Below are positions 7,280 to 15,560 of a stretch of 64,000 nt of DNA, piece after piece. Source of the stretch: a virus; IMG/VR virus record IMGVR_UViG_3300047509_000156, positions 1 through 64,000 of that record, one strand, 5' to 3'. The translations under genes and the position numbers were made by a program. The stretch's first letter is position 1. Each line of letters begins with the position of its first letter. Under the pieces are notes generated by a model. That model did no database searches. It was not told where the DNA came from and saw only the letters and a program-made list of their open reading frames with translations.

Positions 7280-10200
7280 TGCTGTGCCTCCAGAAGTTTC
7301 CTGAGTTGCTTCCGCGCCCGCTCCCGTGTCTTGCGGTAGGCGTCCTTGGCTTTCTTCTGTTCTTCACCGGCCATTTCTTCGATGTGTTTCGGGTAGTCTC
7401 CCTGCCCGGTGAGGTCGAAGTTAATCACGTCCTGGTGTTCTTGCGGCAGTTTGGCGATGACAGGCTTCAGTCGCTGGATCTCCTCGTGGGTCGCCTCCTT
7501 CTCCTCGCTGCCGTGATCGGTCGCCGCCGGATCAATCCTTCCCTCTCCCTCTTCGCCATATCCTTCGATACTTGACGCTTTCTCTCTCTTGTTTTTGCGT
7601 CCTAGGTCACGGGTGCGACTGACGACCGCCTTGTGGACAAACCCCTTCCAGTCGTCCCGCGAGGGATCGAATCTTCCGTCACGGATTGCCTTGAGCAGAG
7701 TCAGCGAGGCTTCCTGAGCGATGTCGTCTGCCTCGCTGCCGCTCTTGCTGATGCTTCGCGCCCACTTCGTTGCCGATCTTAGTACGTCCTGGTGGTGTTC
7801 GTTGAAGAACGTGTCGGCGATCTGTTGCCGCCGCTTTGTTTCCTCCGGAGAAGGTTCTGCTGTATCCGCTGGTTTTACCGCTTCTTCGGTAGGCTTTTCC
7901 ACCGCCTCGCCTTCCGGCATGGTCGCCGCCTCGGCCTGTTTCGCCAGAGGGACGCTTTTCTTCTTCATGGCGGCGACGCGATCGGAGACGGACTTCTTCG
8001 GCTTTGCCGCCGTCTCGGTTGCTGGTGTCTCTGTTCGCAACTTACCTTCAATGTCGGAGAGTTGCTGCTCGTACTCGTGTATCTGGTTGAGACGATCATC
8101 GTATCCCTGTCCTACCTTGCCAGCAGGTCTTTTGCCGGACGGGAATGACCTCTCGAATTCAGCCTTGGCATCAGCCAAGTTTTTGGCGGATCGCTCTCTC
8201 GTCGCCTTTAGACGCTCAGTCGTAGGCGACGAGGCGGTAGTCGCTGGTGCCTCGGTCGGCGTTTCTTTTGCCGTATCTCCTTGCTTCTTCATATCCACGA
8301 ACATCAACTGGCCCTTGTCCGATGGGATACCACGGTTCCAGTTGGGAGTCGTCTTTCCCGTGTGTCCGGCCTGAAGAACCAACTTATCATCCGTCTGCCA
8401 CTTCAAGAGGAGATCGTGAACCTGATTTTCGCTGATCTCCGGGTGCTTCTCGCGGATAGCGTCCACGATATCGGGTATCGGCACTGAGGCGCCATTGAGT
8501 TTCCTCTCGATATCATCAAAGGCGACTCTAGCCGTCTTCTCGATGGCCGGCTCCTGCTCCGGTGTTATCGCTGCTGTCTCTGGTTGCTGCGTGGCTTCGG
8601 TACTGCCGTTAGTAGCAGGCACAGCGTCTCTGCCTGTCGGAGGCGTTGCGTTCTGCCGTTCTGCAAGTCTCTTTTTCGCTTTCTCGATTATCCCTTGCGT
8701 CTTTTTACTTAAAGAAGAATATCCTTCCCTGGCCCACATGGCAGATTCCACGAGATCGCCAGTACGTACCGGCCTTCCTTCAGCAGAGGCACATTCCTGT
8801 GCAATGGCAGAAGCGAGATTGGCGTCTACGCCCATCTTTTTCGCTGTCTTGCCGATCTTGTCCGACATTGCATCGTCGATAGCCCCGGGCTTTTCTTGCT
8901 CGATTGCGCCGCCTGACGGGGCCTCTACCCCAGCCTCTCGTTTGGCGGTAAGGGCAGCAGGTTCTGCTTTTGTCTCCGTCGCTGGGGAAGTATTACCGAC
9001 AGGTTTGACAGCAGCCGGAGCAATCTGTGTCTCGCTGGCAGGCTTTGCCTCGGCTGCGGCTGGTTCGCTGGTGGCAGGAGCGGCTTCTGGTTTAGCTTCT
9101 GCTGGCGGCGTCTCGTTTACTAGTCCGACTGCCGCCTCTTTTTTTGGCTCTGCCGGCTTTTCTTCGGCCATATCCTTGACCATGCCACGATCACGCCATC
9201 GCTGCATTCCTGCTTCACTTGCCGGATATTCACCACTTTCAGTTTCCCAACTATTAGGACCAGTACGGACGTAAACTGTACCTTCTCCCTCCTCGCCACG
9301 ATGCTTGACGCGGACACGCTCCTCTGCCGGCTTCTGTTCAACCCGCTGCGGTGCCGCAGGAGTCTGTTCAGTTGGCGCTGTCGTGGCTGGCGTCTCAGTT
9401 GATGCACCTTCTGGCGGAGTATTTTCGCCCGGCGTCTCTGGCTGCTTCTCCTGTACCGCAGGTTCCGTCGCCACAGCTTCCTGCTTCACTTCCGACTCGG
9501 CTGGTGTAGCCTTGGCGGCAGGTTTGGCTTCCTCTGCCGGAGTATCGACGGGTGTCTGATCGACGGCGGCGGCAGTGTCCTCGGGTGTGGCTTGCTGTCC
9601 CGACTCAACTTTACCCTTGTTCTTTGGTTTCAACTCGCGACCTGCTGGCGGTCCTTTTACCTTTGGCTTTCCTTCGATCTCGCCTTGCGCCTGTTCCTTG
9701 GCAGATTGCCAGTCTGTTTCTGCCTGCTTGATAGCCTGCCTTTTTGCTTTCGCATCTCCTCCAGCAGAGCCAAGTCTCTTCTTGACTTCTGCTTGAACCT
9801 CTTCCTGATTCGGATGAAACCCTGGGCTTTCCTGTCCTTGCATGACGGCGATTACGTCTCGCAAGAACTCCTCTTTGGCTTGCGGATTCATCTCTGCGAC
9901 AGGTTCTGATGGCGTTTCTGCACTGGCCGTTGACGCTTCGGCTGGTTTAGCCTCTGGCGTTACGGTCGGCTTTTCCTTGCGGGTGAGTTTGCGTGGCGTA
10001 AACTCTCGCTTTGTGCCAGTTTCACGATGCGTTACCGCCACTTCTTCTGGTGTGCCAACTGTCGCTGTCATACCTCCTGTTGCCAGATTGGCTTCTTTGG
10101 TTTGATTGCGCAACTCGTTCTTAATCAGGCTAGCCAGCGCCTCCTTGTTGTGCGCTTCTGCCTCCTTGTTGCCCTGCTGCTCGTTCTGCTTGATCGTCTC

Positions 10201-10896
10201 CAGTAAGTGGTGGGCAACGTGGCTGGCCTCTTTGAAGTGATGGGCCGTTCCTCCTTCTTCCTCGGAGGAGGTGTGCGGGCCTTCCTTATCGGTGCCGAAG
10301 ACCTTCTCGACGGCGTTGGTCCAGCGATGGCTGCCCACCTTGGCGTACTTCTCACCTCCCGTACCTTCCTTGACCGACGGCGCCTCCTGGGTGCCCTGGA
10401 CATGCTCGCCGTTGACGTAGGTTTGCTTGCGACCCAGCGAGTCCGTGATCGTTCCCGTGAAGTTAGGATGCGGCAGCCCGCCGGAAACGCCGGCTGACTT
10501 CTTGGTTCCAAGACCTTCGGAACCTCGCGGCGTCTTGCCGGCATCCTTGCCCAGATGCCAGTCGCTTTTCTTCTGCCACCAGTCGGAGAGATCGAAGGGG
10601 ATGTCGCCGGCATAAGCCCATGACTTCTCGCCAACTCCTCCCTCCTTCTCGGTGATGTTGCCGGCGCGGAGGTAGCCCCGGTACTGAAAGCGGAGGTTGC
10701 TCATCCAGGCGCGAGGATCTTCCTCGGCCTCGACCCAGTCCTGTTTCTCCACGTCGAAACATGGTGTTTGGAGGATGTTCAGGAGTGCGGTGCGGTCCTT
10801 GGGTTCGAGGTGGAACGTCGCACCATCGTGGGAAATGGTGCCGGCCGTAACGTCCTTGCCTTGAGCATCAAACTCGTAGATTTCGACGGACAGCAT
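7276..10896 (-). CDS. 1206-aa multidomain protein: long A/E/K/P-rich linkers, winged-helix-like module, C-terminal ECF-type sigma-70 (regions 2 and 4)
   Basis: EADDIAQEASLTLLKA...FDPSR..WKGFVHKAVVSRTRDLGRK (sigma2); LKPVIAKLPQEHQDVI...RERARKQLRKLL (sigma4). Confidence 0.85.
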   Translation of the reverse strand: MLSVEIYEFDAQGKDVTAGTISHDGATFHLEPKDRTALLNILQTPCFDVEKQDWVEAEEDPRAWMSNLRFQYRGYLRAGNITEKEGGVGEKSWAYAGDIPFDLSDWWQKKSDWHLGKDAGKTPRGSEGLGTKKSAGVSGGLPHPNFTGTITDSLGRKQTYVNGEHVQGTQEAPSVKEGTGGEKYAKVGSHRWTNAVEKVFGTDKEGPHTSSEEEGGTAHHFKEASHVAHHLLETIKQNEQQGNKEAEAHNKEALASLIKNELRNQTKEANLATGGMTATVGTPEEVAVTHRETGTKREFTPRKLTRKEKPTVTPEAKPAEASTASAETPSEPVAEMNPQAKEEFLRDVIAVMQGQESPGFHPNQEEVQAEVKKRLGSAGGDAKAKRQAIKQAETDWQSAKEQAQGEIEGKPKVKGPPAGRELKPKNKGKVESGQQATPEDTAAAVDQTPVDTPAEEAKPAAKATPAESEVKQEAVATEPAVQEKQPETPGENTPPEGASTETPATTAPTEQTPAAPQRVEQKPAEERVRVKHRGEEGEGTVYVRTGPNSWETESGEYPASEAGMQRWRDRGMVKDMAEEKPAEPKKEAAVGLVNETPPAEAKPEAAPATSEPAAAEAKPASETQIAPAAVKPVGNTSPATETKAEPAALTAKREAGVEAPSGGAIEQEKPGAIDDAMSDKIGKTAKKMGVDANLASAIAQECASAEGRPVRTGDLVESAMWAREGYSSLSKKTQGIIEKAKKRLAERQNATPPTGRDAVPATNGSTEATQQPETAAITPEQEPAIEKTARVAFDDIERKLNGASVPIPDIVDAIREKHPEISENQVHDLLLKWQTDDKLVLQAGHTGKTTPNWNRGIPSDKGQLMFVDMKKQGDTAKETPTEAPATTASSPTTERLKATRERSAKNLADAKAEFERSFPSGKRPAGKVGQGYDDRLNQIHEYEQQLSDIEGKLRTETPATETAAKPKKSVSDRVAAMKKKSVPLAKQAEAATMPEGEAVEKPTEEAVKPADTAEPSPEETKRRQQIADTFFNEHHQDVLRSATKWARSISKSGSEADDIAQEASLTLLKAIRDGRFDPSRDDWKGFVHKAVVSRTRDLGRKNKREKASSIEGYGEEGEGRIDPAATDHGSEEKEATHEEIQRLKPVIAKLPQEHQDVINFDLTGQGDYPKHIEEMAGEEQKKAKDAYRKTRERARKQLRKLLEAQQ

Positions 10897-11125
10897 AATG
10901 AAACTCGTCGGCTAGAAATTCGTATCTGTTCCTCGCTAGCACGTCGCACATCTTTAGTGCCGACTTAGCCAGTTCCGAGTATTCTCCTGACTCTGCTAGT
11001 CCAAGAAGGGCGATGACGACAGCGGTTATGGTGTCCTTGAGAAACATAATGTTATCTTCGCCGCGACGAAGATAAACCGTGGCACAGTTATCATCAAATT
11101 CAACGTGGACCTTTTTTGCTTTCAT
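10868..11125 (-). CDS. Hypothetical protein
   Basis: ATGA coupling with the kinase gene; GGGAG RBS. Confidence 0.55.
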   Translation of the reverse strand: MKAKKVHVEFDDNCATVYLRRGEDNIMFLKDTITAVVIALLGLAESGEYSELAKSALKMCDVLARNRYEFLADEFHYAVRRNLRV

Positions 11126-12420
11126 GCCGCTCCCTTCTTGCGCAACTTCCGCGTCGGCGGCGGGCTGCCCATGTCACCGGATAGTTTCGCCTCCGGTTCC
11201 CTGGCGACACTCACTAAAGATCGAGGCTCCTCTGGATTAACCGCCACCTGAGTGCCTTCTGCCGCTTTCTGTTTGGGCGTCGCCTGCCGCAATGGCTGAG
11301 GCTCGCCTTCTTTTTGCTTTGGACGCATCAGGCGTTTGGTGGGACCAATGTCCTCGTTGCCAGCCTTGCGCTTACGTTCACCGATCAGGTCGCGGAGTTT
11401 ACCGTGCGGTTCATCCAGAATCGGTAGATCGCCGATCTTCAGGGCATTGCCTTGAATCACGGCCGATAGTCGCGCGCCAGTCATCTTGATCGCTTCCTCG
11501 TCCAGTCCGAGCCGCTGGAACTCCTTCTCGATCTCCCCCCACTTACCTTCCAACTCCTTGGTGTCGGGGATGTCCCAGTCCAGCGCATGATGCAGGATCA
11601 AATTGTGCGAGGCGCGGAAGTCTCTCCTGTCGTGTTTGCTGGGAAAGGCCAGGCCGTTGTCGATCAGTTTCAACTCCCCATCCTTGACGAGCCAGTTACC
11701 CGCGTGGCGGTCGAGGTGGCCGGCGATGTAGTCAAGGATGGCCGCTCGCGCCGCATCCTTGTGGCCGTCATAGGCTTTCTCGGCCATGACGACACCACGG
11801 CGGTTCCAGGCACCTAGATGTGTCATGGCTGCTTCGCCCCGTTCTTCCCTCTCACCTGATTCCTCCTTGATCAAATCGCTTGCCGTCTGGGCATCGCCAA
11901 CAAACTTCTGGATCGAGCCAACTATCTCGCCCTGCTGGCGAATCGTTGTCTCGGGGACAAGGTCGCCGAACCCAAGAATGTCAGCCAAACGCCAGAACGC
12001 CGCTTCGCGGAGGTACATGGTCCCCGGCTTGACGCCGCGCTTGAGGATATAGCGCTCCGTGCCAGGAGCGACGCCGATCTCACCATCGGCCGGCTTCCAC
12101 ATGGCCTTCTCGCCCGTGGACAGGGTGACGATAAAGGTCGTGTTGACGCCACCACGCGCCGGAGGCTCCTGTGAGGAGAAGTCACTCGTCTCCAGGTGCG
12201 CCAACCGCTCATCCTCGCGCTTTTCCGGCGCCCGGATACGCGGTGTCTGCTTGGGCTGTGCGGGCGTCGGCACTGTGCCGATCTTGGCCCTCTCCTCGCG
12301 TAACTTGGCCTCCTCGGTATCGGCGTGGACCTTCTGTTCCTCGCCGAACTGGCTGCCGAGTTCCCCTGTCTGCTTCTTGGTGAGTTTCCTCTTCGGCTCG
12401 TCGGTCTGAACCCGCTTCAT
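11122..12420 (-). CDS. PI3/PI4-kinase-like (HipA-superfamily) kinase
   Basis: AMWKP (ATP-binding Lys), REAAF, LVPET, GSIQKFV, catalytic loop DRHAGN, IDNG. Confidence 0.85.
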   Translation of the reverse strand: MKRVQTDEPKRKLTKKQTGELGSQFGEEQKVHADTEEAKLREERAKIGTVPTPAQPKQTPRIRAPEKREDERLAHLETSDFSSQEPPARGGVNTTFIVTLSTGEKAMWKPADGEIGVAPGTERYILKRGVKPGTMYLREAAFWRLADILGFGDLVPETTIRQQGEIVGSIQKFVGDAQTASDLIKEESGEREERGEAAMTHLGAWNRRGVVMAEKAYDGHKDAARAAILDYIAGHLDRHAGNWLVKDGELKLIDNGLAFPSKHDRRDFRASHNLILHHALDWDIPDTKELEGKWGEIEKEFQRLGLDEEAIKMTGARLSAVIQGNALKIGDLPILDEPHGKLRDLIGERKRKAGNEDIGPTKRLMRPKQKEGEPQPLRQATPKQKAAEGTQVAVNPEEPRSLVSVAREPEAKLSGDMGSPPPTRKLRKKGAA

Positions 12421-12496
12421 CCGGTGCCCATCGCGCCACTCGTAGAGTCGCCCAGCGGAATCCTTGGCAGTACCAGTGAAATGAGGTGGTAAGGAC

Positions 12497-13462
12497 TTAG
12501 TCCCGAAAGGATTCGGCTGGAGAGCCGACCGCCTTTCGCTTGAGTTTCCTGCCCAGCAGCGTCAGCGACTTGGCGGACACCCTGGGACGCTTGAGATGGA
12601 TCGCAGGTCCAGGCGAAGCGGGCGGTACAAAGGAGCCACCGCCCGACTGGCTGGTCGCTGACATAGCAGGCCCGGCAGCCGACTTGACGCAGAGAGTACG
12701 AGGCGAGAAGCCGGCGCCGTAGATGGTCGCTCTCTTGCCAGTCAACCACGGCTGCCAGCGCATCTTGTAGTAATCCGAGATCCCGCCGGTACCCCAGTTG
12801 AGTCCCATCGCCTTGCGGACAGCACCAGCACAGTCGGCGTTGATGGGGATGGCTGTCAGGGATGGTTCCAGGAGTTCGGTTCGGACGAGGTGCAACCCCG
12901 AAGGCTTCCCTTCACCGTGCCGGCCAACCTTGTTGAAGTGGCCGTCGCTCGGATCGGGCGGCAGTGGCCGTGCCAGGATAATGCGGTATCCTACACTGCC
13001 GGAGGAAAGGATCTCTTCCTTGTAGAGTTTGTACGCTTGATCGGACTCCCGCAGAGAGGATGACATAAAAGCGTCGCACTCGGCCAGTCCTTCCTTCGCG
13101 TGGACGTAGACCGTGTAATTGTGCGCTGCGTCCTTGGTCTTGCCCACCGGCCAGGGACACCACTTGCCGTGATCGATAAGGACGGTCCCCGGACCCTTCC
13201 TGTGGTTCTTCGTATCCATCCCCGAGACTTCGTAGAGGTCGCCTTCGCGGTCTCTGCCATGCGTGGCGGCGAAGATGAAGCGGATCGACATGAGGGCGTC
13301 GTTGGTGGTCGGCATTTTCCCATGCTCGCCCACGGCGACCTCCATGCCGTACTGGCCCTGACCGATCTGGTAGGCCGACATCGATGGCATGGCAGCGCCC
13401 TGGGCAGCCTTTTCGCCACGCAGACGGAGAACGAGATCAACTTCCGGCGTCAGGAGACTCAT
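12497..13462 (-). CDS. HK97-family prohead protease (peptidase S78)
   Basis: DREGD, LIDHG..PVGK (catalytic His), SGSVGY (catalytic Ser), LLEPSLTAIPIN; leaderless TACAAT-N6-ATG. Confidence 0.88.
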   Translation of the reverse strand: MSLLTPEVDLVLRLRGEKAAQGAAMPSMSAYQIGQGQYGMEVAVGEHGKMPTTNDALMSIRFIFAATHGRDREGDLYEVSGMDTKNHRKGPGTVLIDHGKWCPWPVGKTKDAAHNYTVYVHAKEGLAECDAFMSSSLRESDQAYKLYKEEILSSGSVGYRIILARPLPPDPSDGHFNKVGRHGEGKPSGLHLVRTELLEPSLTAIPINADCAGAVRKAMGLNWGTGGISDYYKMRWQPWLTGKRATIYGAGFSPRTLCVKSAAGPAMSATSQSGGGSFVPPASPGPAIHLKRPRVSAKSLTLLGRKLKRKAVGSPAESFRD

Positions 13463-13466
13463 GTCG

Positions 13467-13724
13467 TTATTGTAGGGAACCGCGTGCCTTGCGTAGCGCT
13501 CCCAGTGCCTCGATGGGTGTGTCGAAGACCGCCAGGAGATTACCGTTCATGAGGATCGTCTCGTTGCCACCCGGTGAGGCCAGGTACTTGCCGATATTTT
13601 GCCGCCAACTCTTGATCTTGAATATCAGCGGCGAGCGAGCATCGTGTGTGACTGTCAGCCAGTAATCGCCATGCTCGTTGGGTTCTGGCAGTTTACCGAG
13701 AGGATCGACTGGTTTGCTGAACAC
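13467..13724 (-). CDS. Hypothetical protein
   Basis: GAGGAG RBS; operon member. Confidence 0.5.
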   Translation of the reverse strand: MFSKPVDPLGKLPEPNEHGDYWLTVTHDARSPLIFKIKSWRQNIGKYLASPGGNETILMNGNLLAVFDTPIEALGALRKARGSLQ

Positions 13725-13725
13725 A

Positions 13726-13935
13726 TCAGGCTCCTCGGATCGCTTTTGCCGCTGCCTTGCCCGTCTTCTGTCCTTCCGCCAGGAGAGCGTCAGCCTCGCG
13801 CTGCTGCTGGCGTATCGTGTCGAGAATCTCCGCGAGTCGGCTGGAGATCAGCCTGTCAGGCGGGATGTGGCCGGGGTTGAAGAGGATGGCGTTGGCGATC
13901 TCTTTGCCGAGATCACCGATCTGTTCGGTGGTCAT
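13726..13935 (-). CDS. Hypothetical protein
   Basis: ATGA coupling. Confidence 0.5.
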   Translation of the reverse strand: MTTEQIGDLGKEIANAILFNPGHIPPDRLISSRLAEILDTIRQQQREADALLAEGQKTGKAAAKAIRGA

Positions 13936-14114
13936 GAGTTTACCTGTTCATCGATGGCTTGTGCTATCGCGAGTTGTTCCTCGAACGGCAGGTCCTCGAA
14001 CCGCCCAAGGATGATTGGCCCTGCCAGTCGTGGGATCGTGTCGTTGATGACCACGGGAAAGCCGGCGATGTAGCCAATCACGTCGCCGTTCTTGAGGTTT
14101 AGTTCGTCACTCAT
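13932..14114 (-). CDS. 60-aa protein containing an HK97 major-capsid-like motif
   Basis: IAGFPVVINDTIP..IILGRF resembles the capsid motif lxGxPVvxxdxxP...ixfGdf. Confidence 0.5.
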   Translation of the reverse strand: MSDELNLKNGDVIGYIAGFPVVINDTIPRLAGPIILGRFEDLPFEEQLAIAQAIDEQVNS

Positions 14115-14374
14115 AGCTTCTCCGGTAAGCAGTAACTGGTTATCACTCCAGGCAACCAGTCGGCTGGCAATTTCTTGTAGTAGGGCACGCAGTCGATCCG
14201 CTGCCCTGGTTGGAGATAGGGGCCGTCCTCTTCGAGGAAGTCCACCCTGAGCGTATTCCCGCCAAGACCGACATCGACCACCGTTGCTGATCGCTCGCCC
14301 AGATCGCCGTGGAAGTAGCGGACACGCTCGAAACGCTTGGGTAGGACGACCTTTTCTGGTTTCTTCTTGGCCAT
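14111..14374 (-). CDS. Hypothetical protein (start MAKKKPEK)
   Basis: GGGAGG RBS before ATG 14374. Confidence 0.6.
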   Translation of the reverse strand: MAKKKPEKVVLPKRFERVRYFHGDLGERSATVVDVGLGGNTLRVDFLEEDGPYLQPGQRIDCVPYYKKLPADWLPGVITSYCLPEKL

Positions 14375-14390
14375 TTTTATTTCCTCCCTA

Positions 14391-14431
14391 TTTAGGAGGA
14401 ATCGGGCAAATTTTGCCCGATTCCTCCTAAA
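14391..14431. repeat. Perfect 41-bp inverted repeat (20-bp arms)
   Basis: TTTAGGAGGAATCGGGCAAA-T-TTTGCCCGATTCCTCCTAAA. Confidence 0.95.
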
Positions 14432-14441
14432 AGTGTCCGCT

Positions 14442-14678
14442 TTACGCCGTCTGCCTCCGCAGCAGCCCCGGTGCTGCCGCCTTGGCCATGCCCTCATTGA
14501 TCCAGCCGAGGACGGTGTGCTGAAGCAGTTGGTTGCCGGATGCCGCCATTTCCAGCGTGGCGATCAAGTCGCCATCCACCGTACCGGGGCGTCCCGTCTC
14601 GATCGCTCTGAGAAATCCAGCAAAGTCCGGCAGGGCGGCGGCGAGATCCTGCAAGGTGAGAGGCTTCTGGGGATTCAT
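14442..14678 (-). CDS. Hypothetical protein (start MNPQKPL)
   Basis: GAGGAA RBS; ATGA coupling. Confidence 0.5.
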   Translation of the reverse strand: MNPQKPLTLQDLAAALPDFAGFLRAIETGRPGTVDGDLIATLEMAASGNQLLQHTVLGWINEGMAKAAAPGLLRRQTA

Positions 14679-15127
14679 GCTGCTTCCTCCTCTCGCGTTT
14701 CCTCTTCCTCCACCGCCTCGCACGCTTCGGTCGGCTTGCCAAGGAACTTCTCGGCCAGGCCCTCATGCTTGGCTTCCAGGGTCCCGGCCTCGTTACGCTT
14801 CCTGAGAAGATCGACGATGAGCGCCGTGGCTGATGGCGTCAGACGGAAAGTTCGCTCGAAGTCTCTCTCCCAGGTGCTTTGCCCAAAGAGCGGGTCAAAT
14901 ATCGGTGTTCCAACCGGCGTCTTCATCTCCTTACCCTCGGCGTCCTTCATGAATCTCTCGTTGTGGTCCTGCCAGCCGCACGCCTCCTTGTCCTGATCCG
15001 ACAGGTGGGACAGTGCCTCGCGCAAGCGGCGCACCAGTTTGAGCGTTGCCAGGTTGCCCTGCTCGGGCAGCAGCGCCACGAGGTTGAATCGCTCGGGCAG
15101 GTTGAGTTTGACGTTCGTCGCCGTCAC
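14675..15127 (-). CDS. Hypothetical protein (start GTG, VTATNVKLNL)
   Basis: GGAG RBS; GTGA coupling. Confidence 0.55.
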   Translation of the reverse strand: MTATNVKLNLPERFNLVALLPEQGNLATLKLVRRLREALSHLSDQDKEACGWQDHNERFMKDAEGKEMKTPVGTPIFDPLFGQSTWERDFERTFRLTPSATALIVDLLRKRNEAGTLEAKHEGLAEKFLGKPTEACEAVEEEETREEEAA

Positions 15128-15450
15128 TTCTGTTCTCCGTGAGCCTGGATCATGGGCAGCATCTTCTGGATGACTTCGAGAGGATCGCAGTTGCGGGCGT
15201 GCCAGTTCCAGTGCGTCTCGCCGCTGATCTCCTCGGGCGTACCACGGTAACTGCCCTGCTGGCAGAGGATCGTACCACGGAAGGTGTCCCTCCTGAGCAG
15301 TTCGGCGATCAACTCCTCGGTGGTGGCCAGTTCGAGCGACGTTGGTGCCTTGGCGGCACGGGTGACGCAGTCCCAACACATCGCCCCCTTACCCAGATCG
15401 AGGAAGGCGCTGGTGGTCATGTCGCAACCGCAGCCGGGACAGGTAAGCAT
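15124..15450 (-). CDS. Zn-finger hypothetical protein (start MLTCPGC)
   Basis: CPGC...CWDC; AAGGA RBS. Confidence 0.55.
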   Translation of the reverse strand: MLTCPGCGCDMTTSAFLDLGKGAMCWDCVTRAAKAPTSLELATTEELIAELLRRDTFRGTILCQQGSYRGTPEEISGETHWNWHARNCDPLEVIQKMLPMIQAHGEQK

Positions 15451-15462
15451 GGGAGGGTCCTT

Positions 15463-15490
15463 TGTCACAACGAGGAGAAGGCTGCGTACA
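15463..15490 (+). promoter_or_regulatory. ECF-like promoter motif copy 2 (TGTCAC-N15-GCGTACA), pointing antisense to the fibre gene
   Basis: Motif and spacing identical to the other copies apart from one base. Confidence 0.6.
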
Positions 15491-15560
15491 TGGTAGCGGA
15501 AAACCACCGGCGTACAACAGGTGATTCGTTCCTTCGTCGCACATGCCATCAATCGAAGGA

